Assembly: GCF_009914755.1 (NCBI RefSeq)
Contig: NC_060946.1
Direction: 5' to 3' (one strand)
Length of the DNA stretch: 64,000 nucleotides
Source: the human T2T-CHM13v2.0 reference genome, Homo sapiens
The position numbers and the translations under genes were made by a program. Below are positions 1-12,000 of the stretch, piece after piece; position 1 is the stretch's first letter; each line of letters starts with the position of its first letter. Below the pieces are notes generated by a model. The model saw nothing but the letters and a program-made list of their open reading frames with translations, was not told the origin of the DNA and searched no databases.

Positions 1-3000
1 CTGTATTTAGAAAGGAGGCGGGGTCAGAGGAATAGAAAGGGACAGGGCTGAAGAACACAGGTCGCTGCATTTAGAAAGGAGGCGGGTTCAGAGGAATAGA
101 AAGGGATAGGGCTGAAGAACAGAGGTCGCTGCATTTAGAAAGGAGGCGGGTTCAGAGGAATAGAAAGGGATAGGGCTGAAGAACAGAGGTCGCTGCATTT
201 AGAAAGGAGGCGGGGTCAGAGGAATAGAAAGGGATAGGGCTGAAGAACAGAGGTCGCTGCATTTAGAAAGGAGGCGGGTTCAGAGGAATAGAAAGGGATA
301 GGGCTGAAGAACAGAGGTCGCTGTATTTAGAAAGGAGGCGGGGTCAGAGGAATAGAAAGGGACAGGGCTGAAGAACACAGGTCGCTGCATTTAGAAAGGA
401 GGCGGGGTCAGAGGAATAGAAAGGGACAGGGCTGAAGAACAGAGGTCGCTGCATTTAGAAAGGAGGCGGGGTCAGAGGAATAGAAAGGGATAGGGCTGAA
501 GAACAGAGGTCGCTGCATTTAGAAAGGAGGCGGGGTCAGAGGAATAGAAAGGGACAGGGCTGAAGAACACAGGTCGCTGCATTTAGAAAGGAGGCGGGGT
601 CAGAGGAATAGAAAGGGATAGGCCTGAAGAACAGAGGTCGCTGCATTTAGAAAGGAGGCGGGGTCAGAGGAATAGAAAGGGACAGGGCTGAAGAACACAG
701 GTCGCTGCATTTAGAAAGGAGGCGGGGTCAGAGGAATAGAAAGGGACAGGGCTGAAGAACACAGGTCGCTGCATTTAGAAAGGAGGCGGGGTCAGAGGAA
801 TAGAAAGGGATAGGGCTGAAGAACACAGGTCGCTGCATTTAGAAAGGAGGCGGGGTCAGAGGAATAGAAAGGGATAGGGCTGAAGAACACAGGTCGCTGC
901 ATTTAGAAAGGAGGCGGGGTCAGAGGAATAGAAAGGGATAGGCCTGAAGAACACAGGTCGCTGCATTTAGAAAGGAGGCGGGGTCAGAGGAATAGAAAGG
1001 GACAGGGCTGAAGAACACAGGTCGCTGCATTTAGAAAGGAGGCGGGGTCAGAGGAATAGAAAGGGATAGGGCTGAAGAACAGAGGTCGCTGCATTTAGAA
1101 AGGAGGCGGGGTCAGAGGAATAGAAAGGGATAGGGCTGAAGAACACAGGTCACTGCATTTAGAAAGGAGGCGGGGTCAGAGGAATAGAAAGGGATAGGAC
1201 TGAAGAACACAGGTCGCTGCATTTAGAAAGGAGGCGGGGTCAGAGGAATAGAAAGGGACAGGGCTGAAGAACACAGGTCGCTGCATTTAGAAAGGAGGCG
1301 GGGTCAGAGGAATAGAAAGGGATAGGCCTGAAGAACAGAGGTCGCTGCATTGAGAAAGGAGGCGGGGTCAGAGGAATAGAAAGGGATAGGCCTGAAGAAC
1401 AGAGGTCGCTGCATTGAGAAAGGAGGCGGGGTCAGAGGAATAGAAAGGGATAGGCCTGAAGAACACAGGTCGCTGCATTTAGAAAGGAGGCGGGGTTAGA
1501 GGAATAGAAAGGGACAGGGCTGAAGAACACAGGTCGCTGCATTTAGAAAGGAGGCGGGGTCAGAGGAATAGAAAGTGATAGGGCTGAAGGACAGAGGTCG
1601 CTGCATTTAGAAAGGAGGCGGGGTCAGAGGAATAGAAAGGGACAGGGCTGAAGAACACAGGTCGCTGCATTTAGAAAGGAGGCGGGGTCAGAGGAATAGA
1701 AAGGGACAGGGCTGAAGAACAGAGGTCGCTGTATTTAGAAAGGAGGCGGGGTCAGAGGAATAGAAAGGGATAGGGCTGAAGAACACAGGTCGCTGCATTT
1801 AGAAAGGAGGCGGGGTCAGAGGAATAGAAAGGGACAGGGCTGAAGAACAGAGGTCGCTGTATTTAGAAAGGAGGCGGGGTCAGAGGAATAGAAAGGGACA
1901 GGGCTGAAGAACAGAGGTCGCTGCATTTAGAAAGGAGGCGGGGTCAGAGGAATAGAAAGGGATAGGCCTGAAGAACAGAGGTCGCTGCATTTAGAAAGGA
2001 GGCGGGGTCAGAGGAATAGAAAGGGATAGGGCTGAAGAACAGAGGTCGCTGCATTTAGAAAGGAGGCGGGGTCAGAGGAATAGAAAGGGATAGGGCTGAA
2101 GAACAGAGGTCGCTGCATTTAGAAAGGAGGCGGGGTCAGAGGAATAGAAAGGGACAGGGCTGAAGAACAGAGGTCGCTGCATTTAGAAAGGAGGCGGGGT
2201 CAGAGGAATAGAAAGGGATAGGGATGAAGAACACAGGTCGCTGCATTTAGAAAGGAGGCGGGGTTAGAGGAATAGAAAGGGATAGGGCTGAAGAACACAG
2301 GTCGCTGCATTTAGAAAGGAGGCGGGGTCAGAGGAATAGAAAGGGACAGGGCTGAAGAACACAGGTCGCTGTATTTATAAAGGAGGCGGGGTCAGAGGAA
2401 TAGAAAGGGATAGGCCTGAAGAACACAGGTCGCTGCATTTAGAAAGGAGGCGGGGTCAGAGGAATAGAAAGGGATAGGGCTGAAGAACAGAGGTCGCTGC
2501 ATTTAGAAAGGAGGCGGGGTCAGAGGAATAGAAAGGGATAGGGCTGAAGAACACAGGTCGCTGCATTTAGAAAGGAGGCGGGGTCAGAGGAATAGAAAGG
2601 GATAGGCCTGAAGAACACAGGTCGCTGCATTTAGAAAGGAGGCGGGGTTAGAGGAATAGAAAGGGACAGGGCTGAAGAACACAGGTCGCTGCATTTAGAA
2701 AGGAGGCGGGGTCAGAGGAATAGAAAGGGATAGGGCTGAAGAGCAGAGGTCGCTGCATTTAGAAAGGAGGCGGGGTCAGAGGAATAGAAAGGGATAGGCC
2801 TGAAGAACAGAGGTCGCTGCATTTAGAAAGGAGGCGGGGTCAGAGGAATAGAAAGGGACAGGGCTGAAGAACAGAGGTCGCTGCATTTAGAAAGGAGGCG
2901 GGGTCAGAGGAATAGAAAGGGATAGGGCTGAAGAACAGAGGTCGCTGCATTTAGAAAGGAGGCGGGGTCAGAGGAATAGAAACGGACAGGGCTGAAGAAC

Positions 3001-6000
3001 AGAGGTCGCTGCATTTAGAAAGGAGGCGGGGTCAGAGGAATAGAAAGGGATAGGAGTGAAGAACACAGGTCGCTGCATTTAGAAAGGAGGCGGGGTCAGA
3101 GGAATAGAAAGGGACATGGCTGAAGAACACAGGTCGCTGCATTTAGACAGGAGGCGGGGTCAGAGGAATAGAAAGGGATAGGGCTGAAGAACACAGGTCG
3201 CTGCATTTAGAAAGGAGACGGGGTTAGAGGAATAGAAAGGGACAGGGCTGAAGAACACAGGTCGCTGCATTTAGAAAGGAGGCGGGGTTAGAGGAATAGA
3301 AAGGGATAGGACTGAAGAACACAGGTCGCTGCATTTAGAAAGGAGGCGGGGTCAGAGGAATAGAAAGGGATAGGACTGAAGAACACAGGTCGCTGCATTT
3401 AGAAAGGAGGCGGGGTCAGAGGAATAGAAAGGGATAGGACTGAAGAACACAGGTCGCTGCATTTAGAAAGGAGGCGGGGTCAGAGGAATAGAAAGGGACA
3501 GGCCTGAAGAACACAGGTCGCTGCATTTAGAAAGGAGGCGGGGTCAGAGGTATAGAAAGGGATCGGGCTGAAGAACACAGGTCGCTGCATTTAGAAAGGA
3601 GGCGGGGTCAGAGGAATAGAAAGGGATACGGCTGAAGAACAGAGGTCGCTGTATTTAGAAAGGAGGCGGGGTCAGAGGAATAGAAAGGGATAGGACTGAA
3701 GAACACAGGTCGCTGCATTTAGAAAGGAGGCGGGGTCAGAGGAATAGAAAGGGATAGGACTGAAGAACACAGGTCGCTGCATTTAGAAAGGAGGCGGGGT
3801 CAGAGGAATACAAAGGGATAGGCCTGAAGAACACAGGTCGCTGCATTTAGAAAGGAGGCGGGGTCAGAGGAATAGAAAGGGACAGGGCTGAAGAACACAG
3901 GTCGCTGTATTTAGAAAGGAGGCGGGGTCAGAGGAATAGAAAGGGACAGGGCTGAAGAACACAGGTCGCTGCATTTAGAAAGGAGGCGGGTTCAGAGGAA
4001 TAGAAAGGGATAGGGCTGAAGAACAGAGGTCGCTGCATTTAGAAAGGAGGCGGGTTCAGAGGAATAGAAAGGGATAGGGCTGAAGAACAGAGGTCGCTGC
4101 ATTTAGAAAGGAGGCGGGGTCAGAGGAATAGAAAGGGATAGGGCTGAAGAACAGAGGTCGCTGCATTTAGAAAGGAGGCGGGTTCAGAGGAATAGAAAGG
4201 GATAGGGCTGAAGAACAGAGGTCGCTGTATTTAGAAAGGAGGCGGGGTCAGAGGAATAGAAAGGGACAGGGCTGAAGAACACAGGTCGCTGCATTTAGAA
4301 AGGAGGCGGGGTCAGAGGAATAGAAAGGGACAGGGCTGAAGAACAGAGGTCGCTGCATTTAGAAAGGAGGCGGGGTCAGAGGAATAGAAAGGGATAGGGC
4401 TGAAGAACAGAGGTCGCTGCATTTAGAAAGGAGGCGGGGTCAGAGGAATAGAAAGGGACAGGGCTGAAGAACACAGGTCGCTGCATTTAGAAAGGAGGCG
4501 GGGTCAGAGGAATAGAAAGGGATAGGCCTGAAGAACAGAGGTCGCTGCATTTAGAAAGGAGGCGGGGTCAGAGGAATAGAAAGGGACAGGGCTGAAGAAC
4601 ACAGGTCGCTGCATTTAGAAAGGAGGCGGGGTCAGAGGAATAGAAAGGGACAGGGCTGAAGAACACAGGTCGCTGCATTTAGAAAGGAGGCGGGGTCAGA
4701 GGAATAGAAAGGGATAGGGCTGAAGAACACAGGTCGCTGCATTTAGAAAGGAGGCGGGGTCAGAGGAATAGAAAGGGATAGGGCTGAAGAACACAGGTCG
4801 CTGCATTTAGAAAGGAGGCGGGGTCAGAGGAATAGAAAGGGATAGGCCTGAAGAACACAGGTCGCTGCATTTAGAAAGGAGGCGGGGTCAGAGGAATAGA
4901 AAGGGACAGGGCTGAAGAACACAGGTCGCTGCATTTAGAAAGGAGGCGGGGTCAGAGGAATAGAAAGGGATAGGGCTGAAGAACAGAGGTCGCTGCATTT
5001 AGAAAGGAGGCGGGGTCAGAGGAATAGAAAGGGATAGGGCTGAAGAACACAGGTCACTGCATTTAGAAAGGAGGCGGGGTCAGAGGAATAGAAAGGGATA
5101 GGACTGAAGAACACAGGTCGCTGCATTTAGAAAGGAGGCGGGGTCAGAGGAATAGAAAGGGACAGGGCTGAAGAACACAGGTCGCTGCATTTAGAAAGGA
5201 GGCGGGGTCAGAGGAATAGAAAGGGATAGGCCTGAAGAACAGAGGTCGCTGCATTGAGAAAGGAGGCGGGGTCAGAGGAATAGAAAGGGATAGGCCTGAA
5301 GAACAGAGGTCGCTGCATTGAGAAAGGAGGCGGGGTCAGAGGAATAGAAAGGGATAGGCCTGAAGAACACAGGTCGCTGCATTTAGAAAGGAGGCGGGGT
5401 TAGAGGAATAGAAAGGGACAGGGCTGAAGAACACAGGTCGCTGCATTTAGAAAGGAGGCGGGGTCAGAGGAATAGAAAGTGATAGGGCTGAAGGACAGAG
5501 GTCGCTGCATTTAGAAAGGAGGCGGGGTCAGAGGAATAGAAAGGGACAGGGCTGAAGAACACAGGTCGCTGCATTTAGAAAGGAGGCGGGGTCAGAGGAA
5601 TAGAAAGGGACAGGGCTGAAGAACAGAGGTCGCTGTATTTAGAAAGGAGGCGGGGTCAGAGGAATAGAAAGGGATAGGGCTGAAGAACACAGGTCGCTGC
5701 ATTTAGAAAGGAGGCGGGGTCAGAGGAATAGAAAGGGACAGGGCTGAAGAACAGAGGTCGCTGTATTTAGAAAGGAGGCGGGGTCAGAGGAATAGAAAGG
5801 GACAGGGCTGAAGAACAGAGGTCGCTGCATTTAGAAAGGAGGCGGGGTCAGAGGAATAGAAAGGGATAGGCCTGAAGAACAGAGGTCGCTGCATTTAGAA
5901 AGGAGGCGGGGTCAGAGGAATAGAAAGGGATAGGGCTGAAGAACAGAGGTCGCTGCATTTAGAAAGGAGGCGGGGTCAGAGGAATAGAAAGGGATAGGGC

Positions 6001-9000
6001 TGAAGAACAGAGGTCGCTGCATTTAGAAAGGAGGCGGGGTCAGAGGAATAGAAAGGGATAGGGCTGAAGAACACAGGTCACTGCATTTAGAAAGGAGGCG
6101 GGGTCAGAGGAATAGAAAGGGATAGGACTGAAGAACACAGGTCGCTGCATTTAGAAAGGAGGCGGGGTCAGAGGAATAGAAAGGGACAGGGCTGAAGAAC
6201 AGAGGTCGCTGCATTTAGAAAGGAGGCGGGGTCAGAGGAATAGAAAGGGATAGGGATGAAGAACACAGGTCGCTGCATTTAGAAAGGAGGCGGGGTTAGA
6301 GGAATAGAAAGGGATAGGGCTGAAGAACACAGGTCGCTGCATTTAGAAAGGAGGCGGGGTCAGAGGAATAGAAAGGGACAGGGCTGAAGAACACAGGTCG
6401 CTGTATTTATAAAGGAGGCGGGGTCAGAGGAATAGAAAGGGATAGGCCTGAAGAACACAGGTCGCTGCATTTAGAAAGGAGGCGGGGTCAGAGGAATAGA
6501 AAGGGATAGGGCTGAAGAACAGAGGTCGCTGCATTTAGAAAGGAGGCGGGGTCAGAGGAATAGAAAGGGATAGGGCTGAAGAACACAGGTCGCTGCATTT
6601 AGAAAGGAGGCGGGGTCAGAGGAATAGAAAGGGATAGGCCTGAAGAACACAGGTCGCTGCATTTAGAAAGGAGGCGGGGTTAGAGGAATAGAAAGGGACA
6701 GGGCTGAAGAACACAGGTCGCTGCATTTAGAAAGGAGGCGGGGTCAGAGGAATAGAAAGGGATAGGGCTGAAGAGCAGAGGTCGCTGCATTTAGAAAGGA
6801 GGCGGGGTCAGAGGAATAGAAAGGGATAGGCCTGAAGAACAGAGGTCGCTGCATTTAGAAAGGAGGCGGGGTCAGAGGAATAGAAAGGGACAGGGCTGAA
6901 GAACAGAGGTCGCTGCATTTAGAAAGGAGGCGGGGTCAGAGGAATAGAAAGGGATAGGGCTGAAGAACAGAGGTCGCTGCATTTAGAAAGGAGGCGGGGT
7001 CAGAGGAATAGAAACGGACAGGGCTGAAGAACAGAGGTCGCTGCATTTAGAAAGGAGGCGGGGTCAGAGGAATAGAAAGGGATAGGAGTGAAGAACACAG
7101 GTCGCTGCATTTAGAAAGGAGGCGGGGTCAGAGGAATAGAAAGGGACATGGCTGAAGAACACAGGTCGCTGCATTTAGACAGGAGGCGGGGTCAGAGGAA
7201 TAGAAAGGGATAGGGCTGAAGAACACAGGTCGCTGCATTTAGAAAGGAGACGGGGTTAGAGGAATAGAAAGGGACAGGGCTGAAGAACACAGGTCGCTGC
7301 ATTTAGAAAGGAGGCGGGGTTAGAGGAATAGAAAGGGATAGGACTGAAGAACACAGGTCGCTGCATTTAGAAAGGAGGCGGGGTCAGAGGAATAGAAAGG
7401 GATAGGACTGAAGAACACAGGTCGCTGCATTTAGAAAGGAGGCGGGGTCAGAGGAATAGAAAGGGATAGGACTGAAGAACACAGGTCGCTGCATTTAGAA
7501 AGGAGGCGGGGTCAGAGGAATAGAAAGGGACAGGCCTGAAGAACACAGGTCGCTGCATTTAGAAAGGAGGCGGGGTCAGAGGTATAGAAAGGGATCGGGC
7601 TGAAGAACACAGGTCGCTGCATTTAGAAAGGAGGCGGGGTCAGAGGAATAGAAAGGGATACGGCTGAAGAACAGAGGTCGCTGTATTTAGAAAGGAGGCG
7701 GGGTCAGAGGAATAGAAAGGGATAGGACTGAAGAACACAGGTCGCTGCATTTAGAAAGGAGGCGGGGTCAGAGGAATAGAAAGGGATAGGACTGAAGAAC
7801 ACAGGTCGCTGCATTTAGAAAGGAGGCGGGGTCAGAGGAATAGAAAGGGATAGGGCTGAAGAACACAGGTCGCTGCATTTAGAAAGGAGGCGGGGTCAGA
7901 GGAATAGAAAGGGAAAGGGCTGAAGAACAGAGGTCGCTGCATTTAGAAAGGAGGCGGGGTCAGAGGAATAGAAAGGGATAGGGCTGAAGAACAGAGGTCG
8001 CTGCATTTAGAAAGCAGGCGGGGTCAGAGGAATAGAAAGGGATAGGGCTGAAGAACACAGGTCGCTGCATTTAGAAAGGAGGCGGGGTCAGAGGAATAGA
8101 AAGGGATAGGGCTGAAGAACAGAGGTCGCTGCATTTAGAAAGGAGGCGGGGTCAGAGGAATAGAAAGGGATAGGACTGAAGAACACAGGTCGCTGCATTT
8201 AGAAAGGAGGCGGGGTCAGAGGAATAGAAAAGGATAGGGCTGAAGAACACAGGTCGCTGCATTTAGAAAGGAGGCGGGGTCAGAGGAATAGAAAGGGATA
8301 GGGCTGAAGAACAGAGGTCGCTGCATTGAGAAAGGAGGCGGGGTCAGAGGAATAGAAAGGGACAGGGCTGAAGAACACAGGTCGCTGTATTTAGAAAGGA
8401 GGCTGGGTCAGAGGAATAGAAAGGGATAGGGCTGAAGAACACAGGTCGCTGCATTTAGAAAGGAGGCGGGGTCAGAGGAATAGAAAGGGACAGGGCTGAA
8501 GAACACAGGTCGCTGCATTTAGAAAGGAGGCGGGGTCAGAGGAATAGAAAGGGATAGGGCTGAAGAACAGAGGTCGCTGCATTTAGAAAGTAGGCGGGGT
8601 CAGAGGAATAGAAAGGGATAGGGCTGAAGAACACAGGTCGCTGCATTTAGAAAGGAGGCGGGGTCAGAGGAATAGAAAGGGATAGGCCTGAAGAACACAG
8701 GGCGCTGCATTTAGAAAGGAGGCGGGGTCAGAGGAATAGAAAGGGACAGGGCTGAAGAACACAGGTCGCTGCATTTAGAAAGGAGGCGGGGTCAGAGGAA
8801 TAGAAAGGGATAGGGCTGAAGAACAGAGGTCGCTGCATTTAGAAAGGAGGCGGGGTCAGAGGAATAGAAAGGGATAGGGCTGAAGAACAGAGGTCGCTGC
8901 ATTTAGAAAGGAGGCGGGGTCAGAGGAATAGAAAGGGACAGGGCTGAAGAACACAGGTCGCTGTATTTAGAAAGGAGGCGGGGTCAGAGGAATAGAAAGG

Positions 9001-12000
9001 GATAGGGCTGAAGAACAGAGGTCGCTGCATTTAGAAAGGAGGTGGGGTCAGAGGAATAGAAAGGGACAGGGCTGAAGAACACAGGTCGCTGCATTTAGAA
9101 AGGAGGCGGGGTCAGAAGAATAGAAATGGATAGGGCTGAAGAACAGAGGTCGCTGCATTTAGAAAGGAGGCGGGGTCAGAGGAATAGAAAGGGATAGGGC
9201 TGAAGAACAGAGGTCGCTGCATTTAGAAAGGAGGCGGGGTCAGAGGAATAGAAAGGGACAGGGCTGAAGAACACAGGTCGCTGCATTTAGAAAGGAGGCG
9301 GGATCAGAGGAATAGAAAGGGACAGGGCTGAAGAACACAGGTCGCTGCATTTAGAAAGGAGGCGGGGTTAGAGGAATAGAAAGGGATAGGGCTGAAGAAC
9401 ACAGGTCGCTGCATTTAGAAAGGAGGCGGGGTCAGAGGAATAGAAAGGGATAGGGCTGAAGAACAGAGGTCGCTGCATTTAGAAAGGAGGCGGGGTCAGA
9501 GGAATAGAAAGGGATAGGGCTGAAGAACACAGGTCGCTGCATTTAGAAAGGAGGCGGGGTCAGAGGAATAGAAAGGGACAGGGCTGAAGAACACAGGTCG
9601 CTGCATTTAGAAAGGAGGCGGGGTCAGAGGAATAGAAAGGGATAGTGTTGAAGAACAGAGGTCGCTGCATTGAGAAAGGAGGCGGGGTCAGAGGAATAGA
9701 AAGGGATAGGGCTGAAGAACAGAGGTCGCTGCATTTAGAAAGGAGGCGGGGTCAGAGGAATAGAAAGGGACAGGGCTGAAGAACAGAGGTCGCTGCATTT
9801 AGAAAGGAGGCGGGGTTAGAGGAATAGAAAGGGATAGGCCTGAAGAACAGAGGTCGCTGCATTGAGAAAGGAGGCGGGGTTAGAGGAATAGAAAGGGATA
9901 GGGCTGAAGAACAGAGGTCGCTGCATTGAGAAAGGAGGCGGGGTCAGAGGAATAGAAAGGGATAGGGCTGAAGAACACAGGTCGCTGCATTTAGAAAGGA
10001 GGCGGGGTCAGAGGAATAGAAAGGGACAGGGCTGAAGAACACAGGTCGCTGCATTTAGAAAGGAGGCGGGGTCAGAGGAATAGAAAGGGACAGGGCTGAA
10101 GAACACAGGTCGCTGCATTTAGAAAGGAGGCGGGGTCAGAGGAATAGAAAGGGACAGGGCTGAAGAACACAGGTCGCTGCATTTAGAAAGGAGGCGGGGT
10201 CAGAGGAATAGAAAGGGATAGGGCTGAAGAACAGAGGTCGCTGCATTGAGAAAGGAGGCGGGGTCAGAGGAATAGAAAGGGATAGTGCTGAAGAACAGAG
10301 GTCGCTGCATTTAGAAAGGAGGCGGGGTCAGAGGAATAGAAAGGGATAGGGCTGAAGAACACAGGTCGCTGCATTTAGAAAGGAGGCGGGGTCAGAGGAA
10401 TAGAAAGGGACAGGGCTGAAGAACAGAGGTCGCTGCATTTAGAAAGGAGGCGGGGTCAGAGGAATAGAAAGGGACAGGGCTGAAGAACAGAGGTCGCTGC
10501 ATTTAGAAAGGAGGCGGGGTCAGAGGAATAGAAAGGGACAGGGCTGAAGAACACAGGTCGCTGCATTTAGAAAGGAGGCGGGGTCAGAGGAATAGAAAGG
10601 GACAGGGCTGAAGAACACAGGTCGCTGCATTTAGAAAGGAGGCGGGGTCAGAGGAATAGAAAGGGATAGGGCTGAAGAACACAGGTCGCTGCATTTAGAA
10701 AGGAGGCGGGGTCAGAGGAATAGAAAGGGACAGGGCTGAAGAACACAGGTCGCTGCATTTAGAAAGGAGGCGGGGTTAGAGGAATAGAAAGGGATAGGGC
10801 TGAAGAACAGAGGTCGCTGCATTTAGAAAGGAGGCGGGGTCAGAGGAATAGAAAGGGATAGGGCTGAACAACACAGGTCGCTGCATTTAGAAAGGAGGCG
10901 GGGTCAGAGGAATAGAAAGGGACAGGGCTGAAGAACACAGGTCGCTGCATTTAGAAAGGAGGCGGGGTCAGAGGAATAGAAAGGGATAGTGCTGAAGAAC
11001 AGAGGTCGCTGCATTGAGAAAGGAGGCGGGGTCAGAGGAATAGAAAGGGATAGGGCTGAAGAACAGAGGTCGCTGCATTTAGAAAGGAGGCGGGGTCAGA
11101 GGAATAGAAAGGGACAGGGCTGAAGAATAGAGGTCGCTGCATTTAGAAAGGAGGCGGGGTTAGAGGAATAGAAAGGGATAGGCCTGAAGAACAGAGGTCG
11201 CTGCATTGAGAAAGGAGGCGGGGTTAGAGGAATAGAAAGGGATAGGGCTGAAGAACACAGGTCGCTGCATTTAGAAAGGAGGCGGGGTCAGAGGAATAGA
11301 AAGGGATAGGGCTGAAGAACACAGGTCGCTGCATTTAGAAAGGAGGCGGGGTCAGAGGAATAGAAAGGGATAGGGCTGAAGAACACAGGTCGCTGCATTT
11401 AGAAAGGAGGCGGGGTCAGAGGAATAGAAAGGGATAGTGCTGAAGAACAGAGGTCGCTGCATTGAGAAAGGAGGCGGGATCAGAGGAATAGAAAGGGATA
11501 GTGCTGAAGAACAGAGGTCGCTGCATTTAGAAAGGAGGCGGGGTCAGAGGAATAGAAAGGGATAGGGCTGAAGAACACAGGTCGCTGCATTTAGAAAGGA
11601 GGCGGGGTCAGAGGAATAGAAAGGGACAGGGCTGAAGAACAGAGGTCGCTGCATTTAGAAAGGAGGCGGGGTCAGAGGAATAGAAAGGGATAGGGCTGAA
11701 GAACAGAGGTCGCTGCATTTAGAAAGGAGGCGGGGTCAGAGGAATAGAAAGGGACAGGGCTGAAGAACAGAGGTCGCTGCATTTAGAAAGGAGGCGGGGT
11801 CAGAAGAATAGAAAGGGATAGGCCTGAAGAACACAGGTCGCTGCATTTAGAAAGGAGGCGGGGTCAGAGGAATAGAAAGGGATAGGGCTGAAGAACAGAG
11901 GTCGCTGCATTTAGAAAGGAGGCGGGGTGAGAGGAATGGAAAGGGACAGGGCTGAAGAACACAGGTCGCTGCATTTAGAAAGGAGGCGGGGTCAGAGGAA

